Shown here: in pieces, positions 11,692-24,064 of the stretch
Layout of the letters: every line of letters begins with the position of its first letter
Numbering within the stretch: position 1 is the stretch's first letter
From: Basidioascus undulatus
Lineage: Eukaryota
DNA length: 37,765 nucleotides
Assembly: GCA_000826855.1 (NCBI GenBank)
Contig: JTLS01000048.1
Location: 1-37,765, forward strand
Direction of reading: 5' to 3'
Notes under the pieces: generated by a model
What the model was told of the DNA's origin: nothing
Database searches by the model: none
What the model saw: only the letters and a program-made list of their open reading frames with translations
Made by a program: the position numbers and the translations under genes

Positions 11692-14595
11692 TCAGGCAGC
11701 AAAGACAGCCGTAACCAATCCGCAAAGAGCCAGAACGGCAAGGGAAGACGAGGCGTCGAGGGCACCGTTGTTGCCGTCGTTGTTGCCGTTGCTACCGGTG
11801 GGCGTTGACGTCGGGCTGCCGGCGCGAGTCGGCGTGAAGGTGGGCGTCACGCCCGAGAAGCACTGGTCCTCGGCACTGGTGATGCCGGGCTGATCGGTCG
11901 GTGCGTTCCGGTTGATCTAGGCACCGAGTAAAAGAGCAAAGTCAGCGGGAAGAGCGCGGCGAAGCGGTGTGCAATGGACTTACAGTAGCGTTGTCAGAGA
12001 AGTAGCACGCCTGTGAGTTGAGGTCCTCCGAGACCTGAAGGGATCGAACGCCATTCCATCAGCGGCGATTATGTATGCATGGAGAGGAGACGCACATAGT
12101 ATTGCGAGAACGTGTAAGAGAGCTTAGTCGCCGGGTCGCAGAACGAGTAGCGGCTGTGCACCCACTCCATCAATCAGCACCTCCGCCTCCGAGGGAACGC
12201 AGGACCCAACGCAGCGCGTTCGTTGAACTCACCCGTACGTGCCCGCAGCGCCGTCCGAACCGATAGGGTCGCAACTCACGCCGGCCTGGCCGAGCAGCGA
12301 GCACGTGTAGTCGAGCAAGCTGCCCAGCACGCTGGGGATGCCGCGGCTCGCGGTCGCGACGACGCAAGGGAAGGCCGAGGTCGTCAGGCAGTCGCAGACG
12401 GTCTGGTCGGGCGTCGGAGGCAGCTCGCGGGACGCGACGACGAAGTCGGACGTGGCTGACGTGGGGCAGGCCGGGTAGGAAGACTCGGACGCGGACGACT
12501 CGGACGGGTCGTTGGGCCCTGTCGCGTTCGCGTAGGCGTCAACGAGGTTGTCGAAGTCGGTCGAGGTCGTCACGGTGTTGTTGTTGGAAGACAGGGTGAT
12601 CATGCCGTAGCCTTGGCTCTGCGGGAAGTACGAGAAAGCGAGACCGCCGGAGAAGTTGTCCTGTTTTGCCGCCGCCTTCATAAGCCTCCCTTCTGATTCT
12701 AATCCAAATCGACTGCACGTGGGACTCACGGTCATCGGCGAGCTGAACAGCGCGGCCACTTCCTCCCAGGTCCTAGGAGTCTGCTCGATGCATCCGAACC
12801 TGCATGTCCGTTGTTCTCGAATGAGCTAGTCATTTCGGATATAACGTGTAGTCATCATGAGGACGCACTCCGAGAAGTACGCCGGGACAGGGATGTCCGC
12901 GAAAGCCTGGTTGGTCGACTCGTAGGAGCTAGAGTACGAGCCCGCCGAGCCACACCACTGCGCAGCCCATCGCAGTCAGCGCAGGCTCGGCCGGAGGTTC
13001 AAACCTTCATGGATGTTGCTCACGCGGTAATCGTTGAGCCCGATCAGATCGACTGAGACCTCCTCGCTGCCGCAGGAGAGGTATTCTGGTAATTGCGCGC
13101 TTCGTCAGCTAGGTTCGATATGGAATGTGCAGGCGTGACGACGTACCCAGCAGCGGGTCCCGCCACCTCTCTCCGTCCGTACTTGCGTATGAGACGAGTC
13201 CTGCGTAGTTCTTCGACTTGATGTAGGCTGATCGTGAAGTCTATCCATCAGCCCCCGACAGCATATGGCGGTACTATCGACGATACCCGACCTTTGACAT
13301 CGCGCGCAGCGGCTTTGATGTACGGAGAAGCGACGGTCGTCGTGGAGTTCGTCACAACCTGGGAGTGAAAGGATTGGTTTAGTAAAGGGTTATTTCGCCG
13401 CTGGTACATGTCAACAAGCCAAGCGAACCTCGTTTGCAACTACAATCACACACGGGTGTCAGCAAGGGGCGTGAATGTGGTGATTAAGACAAACAACGGA
13501 CCGTTGTAAGCGAGAATGTTGTTGTAAGTGGAGAACGTGTCAACGGTTGTGAGGTACAGCTGTAATCCTCAGAAAACATCAGCCCGCGCATTCGACACTT
13601 GAGGCGACTGAGGTTCGGCCGCACATCGAGGAGGTTGGTCGTCCACGACGGTGCCGACCGGTCGATCGAGCCGTTGAGGGGAAGGGAAAGGTCGATGCTG
13701 CGCCGCCATCCGCCCAGTTCAGCAGGCCGCGTTTCAGGGACATGCTCTCGGAGGCGTACATCGTGTAGATTCCCGCGTCCTCCAGGAGCTGCATACACCG
13801 CGAGTGATCCAGAGCATTATTGACGCTGCGAATGCAGACGTGAGCAACAGGCCGTGAAGAAGAGTGGTGTGTCGCGCTCGCACCTGTAGACGCGGATGGT
13901 GTTGACGCCGAGGCGCTGGAGAAACGGCACGTCGCGCTCGCACGCATCCCTGATCGCGCACAGCAAGCGCATCAGCTTCAATCCTGGACAGGTCACAGAG
14001 ACCACCCGATATAGATACTGACCCCATGGACAACCTGGGAATAGGTGCGGCGGATCAGAGGCAGGCACGCGACGAGCTCGGAAATGAAAGGGCTTACGGG
14101 TCGGTGTAGTCGGACGGCTCAGGGAACCCGCCATTGTCGTCCGACACGATGTTTCCCTCCTCCTGGTATGCAATGCCCTGTAAGGAGAAGGACCACCGTG
14201 GCACGTGAGTAACAATTGCTGATTCTCTGTGCGGCTTTTATGTGTTTCCCATCACCGGGACTGATAGTCACAGCGGGCCTGAACTGAAGCAAGCATCAGC
14301 TGGACTTTGTGGACATAGTGCGCAGCTTCTGCATATGTTCCGCCAGAACAATTGTAAGCGCGTCCAACTCAGGGGAGAGTATTCAGCTGGGCCATACATC
14401 AGCTCCGCCATGCGACCACAACGATTAGACGAGCGAGCGCACCTTGATGTAAAACCTCTCCCCGCTCTCATTATACAAGTACTTCCCCTTCGCCGTAATT
14501 CTCGGCAGCGCGCTAGCCGGCGCGGGCAGGAGCGCGAGCAGGGTCGCAGGGAGGAGGAGGGTTGCCGCGCTCGCCGCGTGCATAGCGAGCTTCAT
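11692..14595 (-). CDS. GH72 1,3-beta-glucanosyltransferase (Gas/Gel family) with X8/CBM43 domain and GPI signal
   Basis: Signal peptide, then LPRITAKGKYLYNESGERFYIK|GIAYQ...DP..ACERDVPFLQRLGVNTIRVY; catalytic ANEV and YFSEFGC motifs; SGGLAFSYF; LPPTPD..C.C; X8 domain CDPIGSDGAAGTYG; hydrophobic tail LAVLALCGLVTAVFAA* (TGA 11694-11692). Confidence 0.93.
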
Positions 14596-16495
14596 GATGT
14601 CGTCGTTCCGGCTCGTAAAGACAGATAAGTGTGAGGGTTCCGCAGCGGTGGGCGACGGGTATCAATGGGTTGTGTGAGCGTGGTCGGCTGAAGTGGATGG
14701 GAGTTTGCGGAAAGGGCGAACGGGCTGAAGAGCTAGCGCGTAGTATTGCGTAGGTACGGTACCTAGGCACGAGGCGCGTGATATTTGTGCCTTTATTGAC
14801 TCGGCCCGGCCTTGCGGACGCGCCGCCGCCGCCGGACAACCGCCCCCGTACACTCGCCGGACAGCCCGAAGCTGGAAAACGCTGCAAAGGAGTTGAAAGG
14901 CCAGTAAAAGATTCAAAAAGAAGACTGCCCACTTCGTAGGTAAATTCCCTGTTGCCTTGTGGAAATGCTGTATTGTTTACAAACCAAATCACACTGTCTG
15001 CGCGGTCTGCGCATATCGGCGTCTACCCTGTGCGCACATTTCCCAGACCTGATTCGGCTTCGATGCGGTTTTCCTTCCACCCGCCTCGTCCTACCTCTGA
15101 TGAAGACACTTTCCCATGTTCCGACCCGCAGCGTATGTAATAAAGCAGAAATCCCGAACCCGTTCAACTTGAAAGAAGACTCGGGCGGTGTGAATGGCTG
15201 GGTCAGTGCGTGCCGCCACCTTTTGAGAACAGTCCCTTTACCGCCAAACGGCGCGATTGGCAGAGGAAATACATCACGATTTTTAGCGAAAGACCATTCT
15301 TATTGTCAAGAAGGCGTATCGGAAGGACGTTTGTTGTGCTTGATATAGTGTTGCACGTTGGCTGTGTACCTCGCCTTGGACACCGCTTTCCTAACGTCGA
15401 CGCGCTGATTGACTTACATCGACCTCGATTGCTCCCTTTTGAGCAATCAAGAGCATCCGTATAGAGTACAGGCGCGGAGGAAAATCAGCCGCCCATAGCG
15501 GACAGAGAGCCCTTGCGTGTGAGCTGGTCGCCGTGTATGTGCATTCAATACGGCTTAGTAAATCCTGGACCATGGGTAGAAAGATAGATCTCAAAACCTT
15601 TAATGCTCGTAAACATTGCAGCTGTGTTGAACACGCGCCTGTAACTGCAGAGTCGGTCAGTCGCTTTGGACAACTGCTCTATGCTCTCACAGACAAGGCA
15701 CTGCCACAGTGCCATTGTCCTCCAAATCGACTTCTTTTTGTCCCTTCCGTTTGAATTCACGTTTTCAGAGAGTCCGCCTTCAATCACAGACAAACATTCG
15801 GAGCATCGTGACGTTGAAACCGCCCCATAGCCACAAGTTTCCAATCGTCTCGTAATGCGCTCCGTACTTGCAAGACTCTAGAAGGCAAATGTTCGACTTC
15901 TTTTAGACTTTTTTGACACCGAGTTCGGCATAAAGAGAGATTTATTGCCAGCAAGATGAAACGAGAGCACAGGAGCACAGAACACCAAGACGGGAAAAGA
16001 CCGCGGCTGCATAGCAGCTTTCATCGCTGGGTACAGACTTCCGCGCCTCATGTAAAGCTTAGAGCGGCCTATACGAGTGGATTTGGGCATGATTTTCAAC
16101 GTAATGCAGGCATCCCTTGGATGATGCGGTGCAGTCACAGCTGGTCTTGGCTGGTTTACTGCATGCCCCAGCAGTTCAGCAGCTGAGCCGCATCGCCCCT
16201 GCTTTCCCAGTCCGTGTAGTTCTCAAAAATTACCACACTTTCGAATGAAACTATTCAAATGTGCTTTTATATGACCACAAGTAGATCGTCCCGCGGGCTT
16301 CGCGAGGACTTCAATGCAGATAGCCCGGGAGTAACCCTAACTACGGGAGCGGTGGAAGCCCCCTCCTTCACGCGTCAGTCAACCTTCTCACCGCGTCGAT
16401 ACGTCTGTTCCCCATCGCGCTCCCTCTCTATCGGCCCGCCGCCCCTTTCCTCTCGCTTCAAGGACGCTGCGCGCGTTCAGGATTTTGGTTGAAAC

Positions 16496-17489
16496 ATGTC
16501 CGGCCGTCGGCAGCAGGTGATGGTTCAGCCCATCGTGCGTCCTGTCCCTCTTGCTCCGTTCCGGTCTCACACGCTGATCCTCCCCGCGCTTCTTTCCTTT
16601 CTGTGCACCCTTCACGCACATTCGCCATCTACCCATCTCTCTCCACCCTCCTCCCCACATTGCTTTCCCCCCGACCCGGCACGCGCCTCCTTCCCGCCTC
16701 GCTCGACAAACAGAACGTCATCTTCAAGAACCTCCAAACAGTGCGCCTGCACCTCCAGCGCGCAGGAGGACCATATGTGCTGATGGGCATGGGGCCACGC
16801 GCAGAAAACTAAGATCCAGGTCTGGCTGTATGACCACCCGGACCAGCGGATAGAGGGGCGCATCATCGTGAGTCGGAGATGGGCCGGTCGTGTGAGGGCG
16901 GAGGAGTGCAGCGGTTTGGTGCGAGGGCGCGGTGGCGTTGGGAATGTGGCTCGGAGAGGGTTGGGACCGTGGGGATGAGGGGTATGAGCGGGTCACGCTG
17001 CTGGTTGGAGGCGGCACCCACCGGAGCCCGGTTGAGAGCACGCAAAGGCGCTGCCTTCGAACTACACACTTTTCTTCTTTCGCCGCGCTTCTAAAGGGCG
17101 TGTGCTCGCGCAGTCGATCCGCAGCTGCATGTTTAGAACGATCTCGCCGCCCACACAATCTCCCTCCGCTGCACCATTTCCTGACACCCGCGTCTTCCTG
17201 TCTGCACACAGGGCTTCGACGAGTATATGAACGTTGTCATCGATGAGGCGGAGGAGGTCTTTATGGGAAAGAAGAAGGGACAGCCCCGTGTCACGCTGGG
17301 TGCGTCTTCCATGCCTTGCCCACTTACCTCAGCGCCTTCTTCCCTTTCCTTAATATCCGCTCACGGGTCTTTCTACAGGTCGGATCATGTTGAAGGGTGA
17401 CAACATCACGCTGATCCAGGTTAGCCGCGATCTCTTCATGTTAACACAGACACCTTTTACTGACACTTGGTCGTACACAGCCTGCATGA
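16496..17489 (+). CDS. SME1: Small nuclear ribonucleoprotein SmE (6 coding exons)
   Basis: MSGRRQQVMVQPI|NVIFKNLQT|KTKIQVWLYDHPDQRIEGRII|GFDEYMNVVIDEAEEVFMGKKKGQPRVTLG|RIMLKGDNITLIQ|PA*. Classic Sm1/Sm2 motifs of SmE. Confidence 0.96.
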
Positions 17490-18309
17490 GGGGTTGCGGG
17501 AGGTTGGTGACCGGTGGAGGACAGGGAGGCGGAAAGGCCTTATATTGCGCGTTCGCGGAGGCTTGCGGGAGGCCTCATGCGCGGACGTTTGATACTACAA
17601 AAGCGTGTTTGCGATAACCACAAAACCCCGGCGTATATCAGATCACCGTCTGCCGTTGAGGGAAGGCATGATCCTTCGATAGGGCCCCGCATCCGTAAGA
17701 AGTTGCTGAGGCAACGGAGAGTCGTTCTCGTTTTGAGGCCATGTGCAAGAACAACAGAAAACGAAGACGGGAGCAGGTCGATGGCAGTGATTTCGACGAC
17801 GGAGGTCACCGCGAAAGTGACCTCCACTACCCTGAAAACTTGACTCCATTTGCGAACTACAGGCGCACATGTTGCTGGTGTGACTTGAATGAAGTTGCTT
17901 TTGACGTGCTGTACTGCTGATTGCTCTTCCTGTTCCGCAGTCAGCGATGCAAGCTAGCGACAGCACGTTGAGAAGTGTAGCTGCGCTCTGACCACCTGCG
18001 CCTCGTCATAGCGCGTTGCAGCGCGTCGTGCCATCGAGAACACGAAGAAGGGCCGCTCTCGGCTCTCCTGTGCAGGGTAAAGTCTAGTGAGGTGGGGGAA
18101 GGGGAGGGGATCAGTTCCTTGCAGTGCCCCCTTCCTGCGTCCGAACACCCATCGTCCCCGTCGCCGTTGCAATCCTCGCTTTCCGTGTACTCCTCGTTCG
18201 TCGTTCGTCGCCAGTCAAGGCGACGCTTTCAATCTCTCTCGAACCCCACGCTCGCTGCTCGCTTCACTCCACTCGTTACCGCACGCTCGCTTGAATCACG
18301 TTCACCGTA

Positions 18310-20303
18310 ATGATTGTCCCCTCTTCCGCTGCCGCCGCGTCCCTCCTGGCGCTGCCGCTCCTCTCCTCGGCGCTCCCGCAGCCTGTGACGCCCCCACAAG
18401 GCTTCTCCATTCCCTTGCGCTCCCGATCGTCCCTCGTTCCGCGCGGCCCCGACCACGTCGCGAACATCGAGAGCCTGACGCGGCATGCTGCGTTCGCGGG
18501 TAGTAAGTACAACCCGCACGCGAGCTTTGCGGAGAACTTTTTCAGGCACACGTACGTTCGGAGGAGGCCGAAGGGTTGTGCGGGACGCTGATGATTGGGG
18601 GCTGCGCCGTGATGGACGGGTAGCGGAAAGAAGCTTTTTGATTTGGTGGAGGACATTGGGGATGCGGTGGGGGACGCGGTGGAGGGGTTTACGAAAGGGA
18701 AGGTTGCGCAGAGGGCCACATTTGCCGACCCGCTGACGGATTACGACGGTCTTTGGGCGGGAAAGATTACGTGCGTGATCCCGTATTGCCAATTATTAGG
18801 AGTACCGGCGAATCTAACTGAACAGAGCGATTGCTTTACAGGATCGGCACCCCGCCGGTCGAGTTTGAGGTCGACTGGGACACGGGTCAGCTTCACGCTT
18901 GCCGTGCCATTCTGCGACACTTGGAGACTGACGGCAATGGCGACCCAGGGTCTGCGGACTTGTTCGTGCCTCTGGATGCATGCAACGCATCCTGCGCAAA
19001 CAGGGTCAAGTACACGCCGTCGCAGTCGTACGTCTTCTTTCTTCCGTTGTCAGTCCGCGCTGTGCCAGTTTCACTAACTGTGGGCTGGTACCCAGCTCCA
19101 CCTCGGTCACAATCGACGGCCAGGCCTTTCTCCTCAGCTACGGCGACGGCTCTCGCACGTCTGGCAACCTCTACAACGACACCATCAGCGCAGGGCCTCT
19201 GACTGCGGTGGGCGCGACTTTCGGCGGGTGGGTCCCACACGTGCATCTCAATCCCCGAATTTGCTCGCTGATTGCTTTCCCCTCTGCTCCTTCCTCAGTG
19301 CGACGTACATGTCCAACTCGCTGAGCTTCCAAAACTTCCCACCGGGCGGGCTCGCCGGCCTATCCTTCCCCTCACTGTCCGCGTTCCCGGACGTCCCCGG
19401 CGTCGGGGGTACGTTCCTTGATGCGCTCAAGGCGCAGGGCCAGCTGGACGCGGGCATTTTCGGGTTCTACCTGAGGGAGGGCGAGGGCAGCAGCCTGTTC
19501 TTCGGCGGGCTCGAGCAGGGCAAGTACACCGGCGACGTCAGCTGGAGCCCGGTCGTGCAGGAGAGTTACTGGCTCATCGACCTAGAGAAGGGTGAGTAAG
19601 GTTGAAAACGCTCTGAGAGACCAGATAAATCTGATTCGGATGAGATGGGACGTAGTCATCAGCATCGGCAACAACGCGACTGCGTCGGACCGTAAGGCTG
19701 TCATCGATTCTGGCACAACGCTGTAGGCCGCTGTTTTTCGAAACTTGTCGTACTTCTTTTAATATTACTGGAACCTCCGCAGCATCTACGCCTCTTTCGG
19801 CGATGTCGGTCATCTTGATTTCCGTCCATGGTGTCAGCGCTGACCGGCAACCATCGCTCCTTCACACTCAGGTCTCCGCCTTCTACTCGTCCATTCCCAA
19901 CGCGACTGAGGAGAAGGACAAGCTTGGAGCGGGCTTCTGGTCGTTCCCGTGCGCCTCGGCGCCGCAGCTGTCTCTCCAGTTCACGGGCAAGGTCTGGACC
20001 GTCAACTCGGCCCACTTCAACCTCGGTCAGCTCGAGGCGGGCAGCGACCGGTGTATCGGCGGACTGGTGGGCATGAACACCCCCAACAACTGTACGTTGT
20101 CTCTCCTGCTCTCGGAGAGCGATTGCTGACCGATTGGGGGATACAGACTGGATTGTAGGCAGCGTGTTCATGAAGGGCGTCTACTCCGTGCGTACCGCCT
20201 GCACATCCTTACTCCGGCCCTTCACTACACCTTCTTTTCTTCTCTCAACAACCAGGCTTTCGACTTTGACACAAAGCGCGTCGGCTTCGCTCAGCTGGCC
20301 TGA
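18310..20303 (+). CDS. Secreted aspartic protease, pepsin (A1) family
   Basis: Signal peptide and propeptide; ITIGTPPVEFEVDWDTG|SADLFVP; flap LSYGDGS; GGLAGLSFPSLS; second catalytic motif AVIDSGTTL; CIGGL; WIVGSVFMKGVYS|AFDFDTKRVGFAQLA*. Reading frame is consistent across the introns I checked. Confidence 0.93.
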
Positions 20304-21402
20304 ACGCGCAGCGCGTCTGTCGTGACGTTCCCCATTATTCTCTTCTCTTTGGACACGCACCCCCAACCCTTTTTAATCATTAGGAGCTGCAAAGCAATTC
20401 GAGCGTTTTCTCTTCGCTGCTGGGTTTGGCTGGTACTCGAAGGCGCGCATCGCTCGATGGACTGACTCTCTTATGTAGCTCTTCAATAATTAGTCAACGA
20501 GAAAAGTGCAGCACTGGCAGACAGATCATTGTCTTCGTTTGAGTGTGTTAACTGAACAGGCTCCACTTTGAAGTCCACGCTCATTTGCGGTCAACCTGGG
20601 GGTACATGCATTGCCAGCGACAGACATGACTGGGTGCAGCTGGCCTTGTGTTCACGCAACGCCATGACAAGGGGACTATCAACAGCAACTGGCCGCTACT
20701 CTTTGAGCCGGCGGTGGTTTGCATAAGTAATGTGACAGAGCGAGCCTGGCGAGCCGCGAGTAGGTTGACACGTCAATTGCAAGGGACAGGACTCAGTACT
20801 CGTACGTCGGGTTTCCATGCGTGGCCCACACTCACAACTTTCACCCTCACGGAGGTGGTTCAATTCCGCATAGCGAACTCAGGTTCGCATGTTTCGACAA
20901 CGGGCGACTGTTTGATTGCTGCTTACAAAACTGCTCTACGCCGGACAATACGGACCACACCCAAGAGGTGCACTTGGTTCTGTTGGTGAAGTCGGCCGCG
21001 GGCTCCTCTGCAGCCTTATCACCCGCGACGTCATCCCCCTTTGGCGTGCTTCCGGCTTCGCGACTCGCAAGACTCTCCGCCTTGTGTTGAACGGTACTTT
21101 CGGGGCACACGCTATAGAAAAGCACCAAAAATACAAGTCATATTGAGTACTACTGCTTCCCTGTTGTCGGAGGGTGGCTGATTGTGCGAACGTCATCCGC
21201 AGGGCGCTGCGTTGCGAGTCGACAGCATCTCTGATGTCACTTGCTCCATGCCCATGCGCCGACCGCCCCACCTCGCACGCTTCTTAGGCAAGCAAGCACT
21301 TCTCCTTCCGCTCCTTCCCCAGATACCATCACCATAGCACTTTACACCCTACACTTATATTCACCCAAGCCTCATCTCTAACACTCGAAACCACAATCGA
21401 TC

Positions 21403-22219
21403 ATGTCTACCACCAACGCCCCCACCAATTCTGTCCCCGGCGCCGTGTACGCCGACCGGAACATCCAGAACGCCCAGAACGCCCCGGCCCCTTCTAAGGG
21501 ATCTTCATTCGATGGTGCGTGGCAGTCTATTCGCTAGGATTACACCATGGTGTGCTGAAGGTTGTCCGAACATGCAGAGCGGAGCCCGGCAGGCGACGTC
21601 GCTACGGGTCCTGGTGGGCGCTCAGAGGAGGCTGGTGAGTAGACACACTTTCCATTCGATGAGAAGGGGAACCGCGGTGCTCAGAGTGTACCGTCTTCCC
21701 TCTATTGCAGCTGCGAAGTCGGCCCGGGACACCGAGCACAACACCGCCGCCGGCAAGCGTGTCGCGGAGGGGACCGTCGGTGCCGAGGGCACCGGCCAAT
21801 CCGAAGGCGGTCACCGCGAGTCGCACTTCCACGAAAATGCCGGCAAGACCGAGGGCGGCTTGCAAGCCGCCGCGAGCGACTACAAGGGCGACGATGTTGA
21901 GGGCAAGCGCGCGCTGGAGAAGCGTGCTGCGGAATGTGCGTCCTTCCCTTCTTCCGTTGCTGTTCTGGCCAATTGCTTACGGGGAGGTGTTTGGCATCTT
22001 TCTCCAGTCGTCCCGAAGGAGACGGTCAAGCCCGACGTGGGCGAGACGGACCCGGCCGCTGCGGAGCTCCCCGCGGGATCCAAGGCGGCAACTACGGGCA
22101 AGGCCGGATTTGGTGACAAGCTGAAGGGCCAGGCCGAGATACTTTCTGGCAAGCTGCATCACGATCAGGCGAAGGTGGCGGAGGGCGAGGAGATCAAGGC
22201 GCACGGCGTCAAGCACTGA
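21403..22219 (+). CDS. Hydrophilin/LEA-like stress protein with CsbD-like C-terminus
   Basis: ATG 21403 after an A/C-rich leader; three GT-AG introns. Gly/Ala/Glu/Lys-rich with almost no aromatic residues or Cys. Ends GFGDKLKGQAEILSGKLHHDQAKVAEGEEIKAHGVKH*, matching the DKxKGxxExxxGKxxxDxxKxxEG pattern. Confidence 0.75.
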
Positions 22220-22726
22220 GAGCACCGAGACGCCAGACGTAACGGACGTTTACGCTTATATGTTATATTTAATGTAATGAGATGTACGACCTGATGACTG
22301 AACGCATTGCAAGTCTGCCCACCGTGCGACTCAAACTATGAGATGAAGCTGCGAGGTTGAAGGAAGAGGCGGCCCGACGTGCAGTGCAGCCATATGCATG
22401 GTGCAGCGACGCTCCCTCAGTTGTGCTGGCGGCCCACCGCCTTGTAGCTCTCTTTTCGCTAGGGCTTTTCCGATCACGAGCCGAAGGCGAACCTGTGTAA
22501 GCTGTTTAGCATCGATCGTCTTCAGTTTCGGCATTGCCAGGATGCAACGCGTGATGCTGAACATTGAAGCTGTGTGCCCCGAGTCGCTCGCCTTCACGCA
22601 CGTAGCAAGCTGCAGCGGGCACGGCGCGGTACGCAACGCAGACCATGCTTCCCTTTGGATAGGCCATCGCCTCGCTCTCTGGCGCTATCATGATCCGATT
22701 CCCCCGCCGGCCCTTCACCCGCCAAC

Positions 22727-24064
22727 CTACAAACTGAACCCGGGTATCCGAGCCTGCACCACCTCCCCGCCCTCCATTCCCGCAGCCGTAGGCGTGCCCT
22801 CCGCGTCCAAAAGTTCCCCGTCGAAGTAAAAGCACATCTCGTCCAGACGTGGGGGTACGGGCGGTCCTAGCGCGAGGTGGAAATCCGCGATCCTTTGGCG
22901 GGCGGCGATGAGGACGCGGGAAAAGCGGGTCGTTCGACGGACGTCTGCGAAGCGGAGGCGATCAGCAGCTTAGGACGGGAGGTTCGATGAGAGTGACCTT
23001 ACCGATGTTGAGTCTTTGCTCTACCCAATGGTGAGTGAAGGAGATGATGAGGCGGAGTTTGGCCGGGCTGTCCGAACGAGCAGAGTCAGTACTTGCGCAG
23101 ATGGGAATGGGAGCGTTTCAGCAGGATGAAGGACAGAAAGGGAATCGGACCTCGCTGGACGTTCTTTCACTGTCATTAGATATTTCGAATCAGCGCACAA
23201 GCAGTCTCAGAAGAAGACCGACCAAAAGCTCACCCGTTGCTGGCGGGACGGCCTGCTCCTTCCCCACAGCCTTCTCGGTCACCTTCTCCTTCTCCGGCAA
23301 CACCAGCCTGATATGCTCCACGTTCGGGTGCGCAGCCTCACACAACCTTTCCGACAGGTTGGCGTCCACCCCGCCGACTCGCGCCGTCATTCGGACGTCC
23401 CCCACCTTCGATCGAAGCCTTCAGGCACCATTGCGAGCGGCGAAGCGAGAGCAACGGCGAGGGGGAGAGGCGAAGGACGGGGAAGGTACTCCAGTCGATG
23501 TCCGAGTCATCACCCTCGTCTTCTCCGATCCATTTCAGAGTTCTGGGTAAAAAAACGGTATGTCCGCCGTACCCACCCTGCTGCTAGCGCAAGTACTTCA
23601 GAGCGTCGGCAGGGGTCATGCTCGACGTCCGCGAGGTCTACGCGGTCTTGAGCAGCCGGGCCCCCGAAAGCCCCGTTTCGGAGACGCACGTACCGCAGAG
23701 CCTCTCGAGGCTCCAGGCTCTGCACGAACTCGATGTCCGCGAGGTCCGCAGCGTCAGGATCGTTTAGCTGGATTGCGCGCTCTTTCATGTGGACGAGTGT
23801 GCCGTGGTCCGGTAGAATGTAGCGGACGAGGCTATCGCCCATCATTTCAAGCTCGAAACGATGGAAAGGCTGTTCGAAGGGCTCCTTTTCGACGAGCGAG
23901 AGAGAAGGAGCAAATGCAATAGCAATGAAGGAGGCTTCGAGGTTGCGCGAAGGGTGGATAGAGATCGAGGGCAGGGGCGTGGCGCCAGGATTCAAACCGG
24001 TTGGCTCGGTGTGTTTAAGGGTCAAAGCCTGTTTGTCCGACTCATTGTACCCGTAAGAGGAGAG
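22727..24064 (-). CDS. Protein with C-terminal SUMO-like (Rad60-SLD type) domain; 5' end uncertain, possibly pseudogenised
   Basis: The last exons splice in frame to ...PAKLRLIISFTHHWVEQRLNI|DVRRTTRFSRVLIAARQRI...EMCFYFDGELLDAEGTPTAAGMEGGEVVQARIPGFSL* (TAG 22729-22727), matching the SUMO pattern KxTT.LxKL...FxFDGxxx.xxTPxxLxMEDGDxI. There is an in-frame TGA at 24067-24065 and a frame break near 23480-23410 that only a weak intron would fix. Confidence 0.65.

Noticed and set aside
14700..16400. Short ORFs between the divergent GH72 and SmE genes
   Set aside because: No recognisable motifs, consistent exon chain or coding-like codon bias; treated as intergenic.
18589..18591. Apparent premature stop in the aspartic protease
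   Set aside because: It lies inside an intron (GTACGT at 18552 to TAG near 18623); the spliced frame is open.
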